Virus record (IMG/VR): IMGVR_UViG_3300049218_000083 | Coordinates: 133,861-166,743 of that record | Length of the DNA stretch: 32,883 bases | From: a virus | Reading direction: 5' to 3' (one strand) | In this document: one piece after another, positions 1 to 8,664 of the stretch | Layout: every line of letters starts with the position of its first letter | Position numbering within the stretch: position 1 is the first letter of the stretch | The notes under the pieces: model-generated | The model's database searches: none | The model's input: the letters and a program-made list of their open reading frames with translations, nothing else | What the model was told of the DNA's origin: nothing | Made by a program: the position numbers and the translations under genes

Positions 1-688
1 TGTTCTCTTTCGCTTCCTTTTCTTTGCGAAGCTTTATCGCTAAAGCACGCACAGCATCATGAGCAGCGCGGGAGTCTCGAATATGCTTGTCAATGTAGCG
101 AGTAGTGAATAGATGCGGAGTAGTGTAATCACCCTTTGGGTCTTTTTCATTGGCTTCCTTGATTGCATCAGCAGGAGCACCGATGTCACGCTTGTAGACG
201 CTGTACTTCACTCTCTTCTTAGAGGTGTCAGTTCCAGCTGGCAAGTTCTGCGCATAATTGTTGTTGCCTGTGGTTGGAGCGATGTAAGCTTCGGCTTGCG
301 GCATCAGTAATGCATGACCACCGGACATCTTCCGACGACGCTCCAACCCTTCAAGTGAATTGTCAAGCTTTGTTGCAACTCGACCTTTCTTGTTCTTAAC
401 ATTGATAGGCTTTGGTGCTGTCACAGGAACACCATGCTGAGAACGTGCGACATTCTTTGACATCGTGCTCTCAGCCTTCAATCGACCATTGTCAGCTGTG
501 TCTCCAGCTGTGGTCAATCCAGTGTCTGGGATGACCTTTGGCTTTGGATATGGAACCTTGACAGTCTTGTTCAGTCCCTTGAAATCTTTCTCCTCCGCAG
601 AGAATGTCTTGACATTGTCAAGATCCGTTGTCTGTTTCTTAACAGCCGCTGCGCGGGCAGCGGTGTATTTGTTGCGGAGAGCGGACAT
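1..688 (-). CDS. Lys-rich hypothetical protein running off the left edge; possible internal head/virion protein
   Basis: Not in the ORF track. Read manually from ATG at 688 (MSALRNKYTAARAAAVKKQTTD...), open to position 1 (>=229 codons). ATG directly follows the upstream TAA. Contains Glu sites such as IKE-A, reminiscent of T4-type prohead protease (I/L-x-E) sites. Confidence 0.75.
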   Translation of the reverse strand, partial: MSALRNKYTAARAAAVKKQTTDLDNVKTFSAEEKDFKGLNKTVKVPYPKPKVIPDTGLTTAGDTADNGRLKAESTMSKNVARSQHGVPVTAPKPINVKNKKGRVATKLDNSLEGLERRRKMSGGHALLMPQAEAYIAPTTGNNNYAQNLPAGTDTSKKRVKYSVYKRDIGAPADAIKEANEKDPKGDYTTPHLFTTRYIDKHIRDSRAAHDAVRALAIKLRKEKEAKEN

Positions 689-856
689 TTACTTTCCTTG
701 CTTCTTCTGTGCAATCTGACGTTCGCACTCACGAAGGTTCTTGATCAATGGTGAACGGTTGTTTAGACCATTCTGATCAACCAACTGTGAACGACGGACG
801 TCCTTGATAAGACGATCGTGGTAAGCTTGAAGCTCTGCTAGTGTTTTCTCTGCCAT
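689..856 (-). CDS. 55-aa hypothetical protein (MAEKTLAELQAYHDRLIKDVRRSQ...KKQGK)
   Basis: Manual translation; purine-rich GAGGAAGAAG upstream; fills the gap between neighbours exactly. Confidence 0.75.
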   Translation of the reverse strand: MAEKTLAELQAYHDRLIKDVRRSQLVDQNGLNNRSPLIKNLRECERQIAQKKQGK

Positions 857-929
857 GTTACTTCTTCCTCATTTCGCGCAGTGTTTTCTCTGCCATGTTA
901 CTTCTTCCTCATTTCGCGCAGTGTTTTCT
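840..929. repeat. Perfect 40-bp tandem duplication (2.25 copies) at a gene junction
   Basis: gtgttttctctgccatgttacttcttcctcatttcgcgca at 841-880 and 881-920; the 10-bp agtgttttct occurs at 840, 880 and 920. Confidence 0.97.
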
Positions 930-2166
930 TTCCTGGGGTTGGTTGCGTCTCATCTACATGATACGCAGTCAAACCGATTCCACCAGATGGCACTGAACCC
1001 ATTCTGCTGTCAAACGTATCGCCAGGTGGTTTCATGCCTTTAGCTGGTCGATCCTTACTGTATTTAACACCTTTCTTCTGAGCCTGTGTAACAACGACCT
1101 CTTGGTTGCTGTCTTCTTCGATGCATTCGTGCATGCCCTTGGCACACTTACAGATTTTAACATCAGCCTTGGCTGGGTCTCCACCTTTCTCTTCTTCATC
1201 AGCACGGCACCATGCTTCAGCATGATGGGCGTCACCATGGTGAACCCAAGCATTTCGGCGGTCATTCTGTGTGGCGGATGGACATCCAATCTTGTGAATG
1301 CGGTATCCGCTAGTCATGTGACTGAAAGTGATCATGTGCTTTTGTGCACCTTCTACCACTTCTCGAGAGGTGGCCTTGTCGCCAGGAATGGAAATGCCAC
1401 CCTTGTACTTGTCACCTTGTTTCTTGTCGTTTTTTTTCACTTCCATGTCAACGATGGTAGCACGAGCCTCATCAAACTCCTGCTCAAACAATGTGTCGAC
1501 ATCAGTCTCTGTCTCTTCAACGGTTGGATGGTTCTTGTAACGATGATCGTCTACAGATACCAGCTTGTTGAAACTGCCGTCCTTGATGCGCTTCATGCCC
1601 TTTGGTACTGGGTGCGGCGTCTTTGGACCTGGAACGTGGGGTGTTGTTTTGATCAGCTGCTTGCGGAAATGATCTTCCATGCTTTCAGCGAGCTCGGTCA
1701 GCCATGCTACGATTTGACCTTGAGTTTCTTCGTTGACTGTTTTGTAATCGTTGGAGTTGTCGAACAGGAAGAATCCTTCACCAAACAAATCTTTGTATGT
1801 GTGCATCATACGAAGAGATTCGTCATACTGTGCTGATCTTCGTGATTCGATAATCTTAGAGCGCAAGAATGATGCTTCGTTATCTGTGTATACGAAGATC
1901 ATCGCTGTTTGATAGCCCATGGCTTCGAGTACAGTCTTTGATATGCCTACACGTGGATTGTCGGCTTTGCCGTTGATGATCAATGGCTGACCATTGACTT
2001 CTTCTAGGTTTTTGTTGTTCAGGATGGCGTCAACAAGCTTCGGCAAGGGGAGCTCGACAGCTGTAGATTCTTTCAATGCGGTATGGAGAATGAAATCCTT
2101 ACCGGAACCTGGGCCACCAACGAGGAATACACAATTATTATTTTGCACAAAATCTTCCTTTCTCAT
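898..2166 (-). CDS. P-loop kinase-like (zeta-toxin/AAA_33-like) N-terminal domain fused to a charged low-complexity C-terminal region
   Basis: Walker A VFLVGGPGSGKD; LIINGK at the expected Walker B position; LEAMGYQTAMIFVYT and FFLFDNS motifs as in T4-like phage kinase-fold proteins. Confidence 0.7.
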   Translation of the reverse strand: MRKEDFVQNNNCVFLVGGPGSGKDFILHTALKESTAVELPLPKLVDAILNNKNLEEVNGQPLIINGKADNPRVGISKTVLEAMGYQTAMIFVYTDNEASFLRSKIIESRRSAQYDESLRMMHTYKDLFGEGFFLFDNSNDYKTVNEETQGQIVAWLTELAESMEDHFRKQLIKTTPHVPGPKTPHPVPKGMKRIKDGSFNKLVSVDDHRYKNHPTVEETETDVDTLFEQEFDEARATIVDMEVKKNDKKQGDKYKGGISIPGDKATSREVVEGAQKHMITFSHMTSGYRIHKIGCPSATQNDRRNAWVHHGDAHHAEAWCRADEEEKGGDPAKADVKICKCAKGMHECIEEDSNQEVVVTQAQKKGVKYSKDRPAKGMKPPGDTFDSRMGSVPSGGIGLTAYHVDETQPTPGKKTLREMRKK

Positions 2167-2266
2167 CTCTCACTTTTGTATGGGTAAGAGTTACCAAATT
2201 GTCCGGATGATTATTTGCTATACCATCTGTGACATGTTTTGGAATTTTGTGATGTATATGATTCAT
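2138..2266 (-). pseudogene. Internally deleted HNH homing endonuclease remnant (42 aa)
   Basis: Manual translation MNHIHHKIPKHVTDGIANNHPDNLVTLTHTKVRDEKGRFCAK. The HHxIPxH..G..N.P.NLV.L HNH start is joined directly to an RDEKGRF C-terminal motif; AGGAAG upstream; AT-rich. Confidence 0.7.
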
Positions 2267-2290
2267 TGCTTCCTACACTGTGAGAAAGTT

Positions 2291-2315
2291 GCCGGGAGTT
2301 TACAAGGCTCCCGGC
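2291..2315 (-). terminator. GC-rich hairpin, probable intrinsic terminator or processing stem
   Basis: 8-bp stem GCCGGGAG/CTCCCGGC with 9-nt loop, followed on the minus strand by AACTTTCTC (weak U-tract); lies just downstream of the 2353-2532 gene. Confidence 0.55.
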
Positions 2316-2352
2316 GCAAGATTATTATTATCTTTGAGTTTTCGTTATTCGC

Positions 2353-2532
2353 TTAAAGCTTAGAAACGACGGTGTTTGCAACTGCGCTTTCTGCGGTGTT
2401 TGCTGCTGACTTAACATCAGCCTCAACGCCAGCTACAACTGCAGCACCAGTGACAGCCTTTCCAGACTTGAACAGCTTGTATGCTACGACGGCTGCAAAA
2501 ACGGCGACGCCCAAAAGTATTAGACCCAACAT
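2353..2532 (-). CDS. 59-aa small membrane protein with an N-terminal hydrophobic helix
   Basis: Manual translation MLGLILLGVAVFAAVVAYKLFKSGKAVTG...VVSKL; strong SD AGGAG 6 nt before ATG. Confidence 0.8.
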   Translation of the reverse strand: MLGLILLGVAVFAAVVAYKLFKSGKAVTGAAVVAGVEADVKSAANTAESAVANTVVSKL

Positions 2533-2562
2533 GTTCTTCTCCTGTTAACGAATCCGTACCTC

Positions 2563-4002
2563 CTATTTAGGAAAGAGAACTTCCTCTTCGTCTACAGTTT
2601 TCTCCTGGACATCCGTTCGGGTGAACTTGTACTTTGCGAAGCCTGAGCCACCCTTTGGTAATGAGGATGCAACGTCCTTGTTATCGTTGTTTGCATCCTG
2701 GAGATCTTGCTTCTGATCCTCGACGTCATAGAGTTTCATCTTGGCTCGGTCAACCCGAATGATGAATCTCTTGTTACGATTGACATCGTTGTTACGATTT
2801 TTCAGCTGCTTCACAGCCAGATGACCCATCTTGGCTAGATCTTCATTCGTAGTAATCGCGAACATAAGATCTGCAGTAGCCGGAAGGCCAAACGACTCAG
2901 AAGTATCCTCGAGACCTGGATCGCTGTTTGTAGATCCGCTGCGGGTCGTCTGAGTAGCTGAAATCAACGGCACCTTGAACTCAACAGCCAAACCACGAAG
3001 CTCTTCGGCAATAGCCTTGATGTGGGTGTAGCTGTTGACGGTTCCACCTGGTTTCACACGAGCGGAACTGCAGATGTTGATGTAATCGACAATCACGACG
3101 TCAGGTTTGAACTGCTTCTTCATCGCAAGTTCATTCAGCAACGCACGGAAGTGATTTGCGTTAGCACCAGCTGTTGGATACTCCTTGACGAACAGCTTCC
3201 CTTTGACGGTTTGCTTCAACTTCGCCATACGAGCGTCAAACTTCTCCTGACTCATAGCCATCAAGTCATCCAACGTCACGTTGAGAAGGTTTGCATCAAT
3301 ACGCTGCGCAATCTTCTCTTCAGCCATTTCCATGGTGATGTACAGGACGTTGTAATGCTGCGCCAAATAAGCTGCAGCGAAGTGACACATCATGAGCGAC
3401 TTACCAACGTTGGTGCCGGCCAGGATGACAGTCAATGTCTTAGGTTCAAGTCCACCGTTTGTGATGCGATTGAAATACTCGAGATCGAAAGGTAGTTTCT
3501 TGGTGGTACGATGATAGAACTCAAAACGTTCAGCCGCATCTTCCAAGTAGTCATGACCCACGTTTGGATCAAACGAAATTGCTAGCGCGTCCTGGAGGAC
3601 TTGAGGGATGGCTCCTTTGTCCTTCTTAGACTTGCCGTCCATGATTTGGATGGACTCGTAGATCGCGTTGTGCAACGCTTTCTCTTGACAGAACTTTTCA
3701 GTTTGGTCTGCGATCCAATTCGGATCAGTGGTCGTTTTATCATTTTTGATCAGCTGTATGAGTGATTCGACAGTCTTCGCGTCCGACTCGAAGAGTGTGT
3801 CAAGATTGGCAACCGTAATCGCCAACGCATCGGTGTCGGGAACCGTGTTGTATTTCTGAACATACTTGAAGATTTCTTCGAAGACAACCTGCTCAGCACG
3901 GCTGTCATTGAAATACTCACTCTTTAGGTGAGGAAGTGCCTTTCGTAGAAACGGCTCGTGTCTCAGTAAATTCTTCAGAATAATCTGGCTCAGTGTCATC
4001 AT
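2563..4002 (-). CDS. 41: Replicative DNA helicase (T4 gp41-like, DnaB family)
   Basis: AGTNVGKS Walker A, YITMEMAEE, VIVDYINI, AEELRGLAVE, ATQTTRSG, SESFGLPATAD, KQLKNR; synteny with uvsX. Confidence 0.97.
   Translation of the reverse strand: MMTLSQIILKNLLRHEPFLRKALPHLKSEYFNDSRAEQVVFEEIFKYVQKYNTVPDTDALAITVANLDTLFESDAKTVESLIQLIKNDKTTTDPNWIADQTEKFCQEKALHNAIYESIQIMDGKSKKDKGAIPQVLQDALAISFDPNVGHDYLEDAAERFEFYHRTTKKLPFDLEYFNRITNGGLEPKTLTVILAGTNVGKSLMMCHFAAAYLAQHYNVLYITMEMAEEKIAQRIDANLLNVTLDDLMAMSQEKFDARMAKLKQTVKGKLFVKEYPTAGANANHFRALLNELAMKKQFKPDVVIVDYINICSSARVKPGGTVNSYTHIKAIAEELRGLAVEFKVPLISATQTTRSGSTNSDPGLEDTSESFGLPATADLMFAITTNEDLAKMGHLAVKQLKNRNNDVNRNKRFIIRVDRAKMKLYDVEDQKQDLQDANNDNKDVASSLPKGGSGFAKYKFTRTDVQEKTVDEEEVLFPK
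2564..2570 (-). promoter_or_regulatory. Putative gp55-dependent late promoter CTAAATA
   Basis: Variant of T4 TATAAATA overlapping the gp41 stop, upstream of probable late genes; the same heptamer recurs at 16288-16294. Confidence 0.55.
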
Positions 4003-4342
4003 CTTTCAAAACCTCTTGTCGAATCGTGTGATAGTTCTGCTGCGCTTCTTCGATGCAGACTAACATAATTTCCTTGGCCATGGTGGTAAACGTATCACCA
4101 TGGTATGAGTCGTGTTTGCCAGGGATTTTCTTAATGATCGTATGATCGAACGTTGCTTTACCATAGTCGTCTATCACTTCACAGTTGACTGTGTAGATCG
4201 TTCCCTTGTATGGTCCTTTCAGAATTTCGATGGGCAACAATCCAGTGTATTCATCAGCAATGCGGAAGTAGTCGTCCTTGACATACTTCTTCTTGCGCGT
4301 GTTGATCAAAATGCGATCGATAACATCGTAAAGCCAATTCAT
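3917..4342 (-). CDS. T4 gp40-like head vertex assembly chaperone
   Basis: Position between uvsX and 41; IEILKGPYKGTIY...ATFDHTI resembles the gp40 family. Confidence 0.6.
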   Translation of the reverse strand: MNWLYDVIDRILINTRKKKYVKDDYFRIADEYTGLLPIEILKGPYKGTIYTVNCEVIDDYGKATFDHTIIKKIPGKHDSYHGDTFTTMAKEIMLVCIEEAQQNYHTIRQEVLKDDDTEPDYSEEFTETRAVSTKGTSSPKE

Positions 4343-4343
4343 G

Positions 4344-5438
4344 TTACTTCGCCTCTTCTACTTCTTCTGTCGGTTCAGCGACCTCTTCATCGTTGAATTC
4401 TTCCAATGGAGATCCATACATGAACTCCTTCTTGCAGCCTTCATCGATCTTGTCCAGAATTTCCTTGGTGAAGAACTTCGTTGGGTTCTTGATCACCTGA
4501 CTCTGGAATACTGGCTTATCGTGACCTGGGAATAGCACCTTCTTAGAGATCTTTTCCACGATGCCGAACTTCTCAGCCAAGTCGAGCAATCCATAGTAAC
4601 GATCCAAGCCATCGCGATAGTCAAGCAAGGTTTCTACCTTCTTGTTCTCGATAGTCAAACGAGCCTTGTTTGTTGCCGCAGTGACGACCGCTCCTGAGAC
4701 CGCTTTCGCATCCCCAGATTCATCTTTTTCCCATTGCTTTGATTTGCTCAGGAATACGATGGTTGAGGCGGCATATGGAAGACCCTGACCGCCACCCATT
4801 GTCTTGGTTGGGACGTATGCGCCGACCGATTCATAAACATGGTTGGTGACTATCATCGCGACCTTGGCACGACCAAGTTTCAACGTAAGGACGCGGAAAG
4901 CTGCACGGACAAGTCCAGCACGCGTCATATCCTTGGTTTCAGAACCAGCAGCAATATCCGTGACTTCCTTGGTAGTAGACAAGCTGCCAAGAGAGTCAAG
5001 AACCATGAACAATGGTTGACGTTCCTTCTCAGGAATTTCCAGATACTTGTCGATGATACGAACGCACTGGCTGCGGAACTCTTGAATGGTAACGACTGGG
5101 CAGATGTAGACACGGTTGGCTGGAATGCCTCGTGAAGTGATTTGATCTGTCGTCACGGCTGATTCTGATTCGAAGTACACGACGCCACCTTTTGGGTTGG
5201 CTTCGAGAAACATCTTCACGACGTTCAGCGCATAGAATGTTTTGCCTGTTGCAGGCAAGCCTGCGAACGCACTGATCTTGTTACCTGGAACACCACCATA
5301 GATGGAACCAGAGAAAAGGGCATTCAGTGTATAGGAGCCGGTGTCGATAAACTGGGTGACATCCGCATCATTCCCTTCAGATACTTTGCTTGCAAACTCG
5401 TTGCCAGCGACCTTTACTAGATCGTCGAATTGTGACAT
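4344..5438 (-). CDS. uvsX: UvsX RecA-like recombinase
   Basis: FIDTGSYTLNALFSGS, Walker A GLPATGKT, VLDSLGSL, DMTRA, TNHVY, MGGG. Confidence 0.96.
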   Translation of the reverse strand: MSQFDDLVKVAGNEFASKVSEGNDADVTQFIDTGSYTLNALFSGSIYGGVPGNKISAFAGLPATGKTFYALNVVKMFLEANPKGGVVYFESESAVTTDQITSRGIPANRVYICPVVTIQEFRSQCVRIIDKYLEIPEKERQPLFMVLDSLGSLSTTKEVTDIAAGSETKDMTRAGLVRAAFRVLTLKLGRAKVAMIVTNHVYESVGAYVPTKTMGGGQGLPYAASTIVFLSKSKQWEKDESGDAKAVSGAVVTAATNKARLTIENKKVETLLDYRDGLDRYYGLLDLAEKFGIVEKISKKVLFPGHDKPVFQSQVIKNPTKFFTKEILDKIDEGCKKEFMYGSPLEEFNDEEVAEPTEEVEEAK

Positions 5439-5491
5439 GTTATTCTCCTGAAACTAATCGTCAATTATACTGTAAATTCAGTGTAATAGAG

Positions 5492-8155
5492 TCATTCACC
5501 GAATAAACTTTCGAGAGTAGATTCCTCGGTCATGTTCCACCCAATCACGTCAGTCACCCTCGTAATTTGTTCCATGAAAGTTTTCTGGAACATACGTGGA
5601 TAGTCGACATATTTGTCGATACCGAACTCCTTAGGAATTACAGTTGTGAATGACACGACTGGAAACTGAATTGGATTCGGCTCCTTAAGAAACACATACT
5701 TCAGCTTCTCACCGTCTTTGATTTCCTGATACTTCTTGGTCAGGTTCAACTCGTTAAGCCAGTGATTGTAAATCAGTGCTCCCTTGACATGTACGGGAGT
5801 CTTGCTTTTGAATATCTGTTCGCCGCCAGCGTACTCTTCCAGACCATTCATCATGGTCGGAGCAGCAATGTCTTGAACTGGCAGGTTGAAAAACTCGGTG
5901 CGGAACTTGTCGACGTAATCTAACAGAGCATTGACGTCCTCGTTGATAATCAACTCGTAAGCTTCCTTCACCTTCTTGCGGCAAATTTCAGGAGTCGTAG
6001 ATTTGATCGCAGCCATGCCAACGATCTTCAGCTTCGGCTTCGCATATTCAACACCTTCGTTGTTATACACGTTGATCATGTAATTCTTTTTCTTCACCCA
6101 GATAGCCTGATCCGCCAACGCTTCACGTTTCATTACCAGCTTCTGGGCATACGCATTCACATAGTCAGCCAACTCGATACAGAACTTGTCGATTCTTGGG
6201 CCAATTGCTTCAGAGCACAATTTGTCCAAAGCACGGATCAGCTTCGCTGGACCCATACCCTTCTGCACGTCTTTCGGGAAGGCTTTGTCGATCAGCTCCT
6301 TGAATGTCACATAAACAGAATCCGTGTCCGATGCAATCACGTAGTCACCATTCTTAGCACCGATCTGTTTGTTGATCAGAGCATTCAGGCGACGCTGAAT
6401 CCAGATGATGGACAACTGCGCCGACAAGGTTACAGCCTCAGCAATACGAATATCGTAGAACCGGAACCACTCGTTGCCGATGGCACCATACGCCGAATTC
6501 AAACAGATCTTCTTTGTAGACTGTAGGTTATTGTAACGGGTGATCAAGTCATTAATTTGTTTATATCTTGGATCTGATTCGTATGCTTCTTTGAATTTGT
6601 CATTCACTCTAGTTGGATTTGGTTCCTTGTCTCTATACTCCTGGATAAGTTTTTCCAATTCCTTTTTTTGTTCAAGCATCAGCTTCTTAAATTTAGCACG
6701 ATCGATGTAAAAGCGATCCATAAGCTCGGACAGGAAACCCTGTTTATCGATTCGAAACACCTGACCATTCGGAGTCAAAGTCAGCTTCTTACGCTTCAGG
6801 ATACTTGTGTCCAACGCTTTGTCAAGCATGTTGTCAACGTTGATCTTGTAACGATTGTCATCAAACCACTTCTCGAGTTCTTCATCGTAGTTTACTGGCT
6901 CGATTAGCATTTCTGGAGACAGGTTGTACATCATGATCAAGTGAGGGTACAAAGCCTGGAAGTCATATGACGCAACCCACTTGTACTTCCCTGGCTTGGG
7001 ATCCTTGACATACGCGCCAACGAACTGCTGACACTTTTTGGTCACCTTCTTAGGTGGCATCACCAAACCCTTCTTCTTGAAGTCGTTCAGGATGATGGTA
7101 TCCCACATACGGACCTGACTGAAGATGTCATCGTAGTTCACATGTGCATCATAGGCAAGAGTCATGCCCAGAACCAACAATTGGTTCTTAGCCTCGATCT
7201 TCATGACCAATTCAACGTCTCGGATGTTGTACTCGATGAACTGCTGGAAGTTGCGCTTGAACAAAGTAAACAAGTCTTCGTATTCACTGTAATCAATCTT
7301 CTTAGTTCCAACTTCCACGAAGCCGATGTAGTCAAGCTTGTAGGATTCCTGGCTCGGGTTGGCTGAATATTTCTTGTACAACTCGATGTAGTCGATCATG
7401 CCGACTCCATAAATATCATACAGTTGAACTTCTTTGTTTTTACCAAGCGTGACTGTCCGACCTTTCACAATTCCCCATGGTGAGAGCCTCTTGTAAAGCT
7501 CTTCTTCAGGAAACAGATTGATCATACGATTGATCAGGTATGGGAAGTCAAAATAGTTGGTGTTCCAACCAGTTACGATGTCCGGCGTGTTGCTCATCCA
7601 AAGATTCATGAATGAACGGATCAGATCTTCTTCATCCTCACACTCTTCATACACAATCTTGTCAATGACGCTCCGATCAAGCTCCTTACAAAGAGTTGGA
7701 TCAAACGCACCACAACCATAGACGTAGAACTTGCCGTTGACGAACATCGTGATAGCCGTGATTGGCTGACTTGCTTCAGTCGGCTCCGGAAAACCATCCT
7801 CGGATCCAACCTCGATGTCGATGTAAGCAATAGAGATGTGATCCAGCTTCCAGTCAACATCACCAGGATGAGCCTCAGCGATGTAACTGTACTCGTGACG
7901 ATTGTCACCGTAGATCTTGAAATTCTCGACTTCCTTGTACCGACGCTTGAAGTCTTCGCAGTCTTTGATCGAATCAAACTTCTTCTCTTCGACATACTCA
8001 CCAAAATGAGTCTTGAACTTTGTTGCTTTCTTAGTCGGTAAGTAGAGGCTCGGCTTGAAGTTCAGCTTCTTTTTGACACGGACACCGTTCTCGATGCCAC
8101 GATACAAAATGCTGTTGCCAACCGTCTGGACATTCGTGTAGAAACTGTTACTCAT
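5492..8155 (-). CDS. 43: Family B DNA polymerase (T4 gp43-like)
   Basis: ExoI DIE, ExoII GWNTNYFD, ExoIII YNIRD; motif A YDFQALYP, motif B KKICLNSAYG, motif C SDTDS; C-terminal clamp-binding LESLFG. Confidence 0.98.
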   Translation of the reverse strand: MSNSFYTNVQTVGNSILYRGIENGVRVKKKLNFKPSLYLPTKKATKFKTHFGEYVEEKKFDSIKDCEDFKRRYKEVENFKIYGDNRHEYSYIAEAHPGDVDWKLDHISIAYIDIEVGSEDGFPEPTEASQPITAITMFVNGKFYVYGCGAFDPTLCKELDRSVIDKIVYEECEDEEDLIRSFMNLWMSNTPDIVTGWNTNYFDFPYLINRMINLFPEEELYKRLSPWGIVKGRTVTLGKNKEVQLYDIYGVGMIDYIELYKKYSANPSQESYKLDYIGFVEVGTKKIDYSEYEDLFTLFKRNFQQFIEYNIRDVELVMKIEAKNQLLVLGMTLAYDAHVNYDDIFSQVRMWDTIILNDFKKKGLVMPPKKVTKKCQQFVGAYVKDPKPGKYKWVASYDFQALYPHLIMMYNLSPEMLIEPVNYDEELEKWFDDNRYKINVDNMLDKALDTSILKRKKLTLTPNGQVFRIDKQGFLSELMDRFYIDRAKFKKLMLEQKKELEKLIQEYRDKEPNPTRVNDKFKEAYESDPRYKQINDLITRYNNLQSTKKICLNSAYGAIGNEWFRFYDIRIAEAVTLSAQLSIIWIQRRLNALINKQIGAKNGDYVIASDTDSVYVTFKELIDKAFPKDVQKGMGPAKLIRALDKLCSEAIGPRIDKFCIELADYVNAYAQKLVMKREALADQAIWVKKKNYMINVYNNEGVEYAKPKLKIVGMAAIKSTTPEICRKKVKEAYELIINEDVNALLDYVDKFRTEFFNLPVQDIAAPTMMNGLEEYAGGEQIFKSKTPVHVKGALIYNHWLNELNLTKKYQEIKDGEKLKYVFLKEPNPIQFPVVSFTTVIPKEFGIDKYVDYPRMFQKTFMEQITRVTDVIGWNMTEESTLESLFGE

Positions 8156-8191
8156 AAGCTAAATATTCTATATGAACTATGACTGTCCAGC

Positions 8192-8395
8192 TCATAGGTT
8201 CGATATACGTGCTCGAAGCACTCGCGTGTACTCTTTCCACTGGTCTTCGTTCATCGCAGTTCCATCACGAACTGGCTGACTGCCGACAATGCCCCAGCTT
8301 GATCCATCGGCGACCATCGAGAATCCAGTAAAATCCTTGACATCGACTTTCATCGTCTCGAAGAATTTACGAAGATCTTGAAGTGAGTTCATCAT
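8192..8395 (-). CDS. Hypothetical protein (67 aa)
   Basis: ATGA overlap with the upstream gene; same strand as the operon. Confidence 0.7.
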   Translation of the reverse strand: MMNSLQDLRKFFETMKVDVKDFTGFSMVADGSSWGIVGSQPVRDGTAMNEDQWKEYTRVLRARISNL

Positions 8396-8664
8396 GTTGC
8401 AGATACCTCGGTTGTTGCAGCGACTACATCAGTGGCTGGCTCGATAGCCAATGCCTTGTCCAGCTTCTGGGTCTTGAAACGCTTTGCCGTTGCATGTGCG
8501 TCGATGAAAAGTTTACGCAAAGAACGCTCATAGCCTTCTGGACCAGCACCCTTGTGAAGCTGACGCAATTCCTTGTTGTGTGTTCCTACTGGAGAAACAC
8601 TCAGATCAGCCAGTCGCTTTAGTTCCCGTGGAAGACGACGGTTGAACGTCGATCGGTTTGCCAT
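8392..8664 (-). CDS. Small basic hypothetical protein (90 aa)
   Basis: GAGG SD upstream; tight packing with neighbours. Confidence 0.75.
   Translation of the reverse strand: MANRSTFNRRLPRELKRLADLSVSPVGTHNKELRQLHKGAGPEGYERSLRKLFIDAHATAKRFKTQKLDKALAIEPATDVVAATTEVSAT

Noticed and set aside
840-929. 40-bp repeat as a mini-CRISPR array
   Set aside because: The copies are directly adjacent with no spacer and are explained by microhomology duplication.
2291-2315. Hairpin with a TTGTAAA loop as a tRNA-Tyr fragment
   Set aside because: No D arm, T arm (TTCG) or acceptor stem around it.
2563-8155. Inteins or group I introns in 41, uvsX or 43
   Set aside because: Protein lengths are normal, reading frames are continuous and no intein splice motifs were seen.
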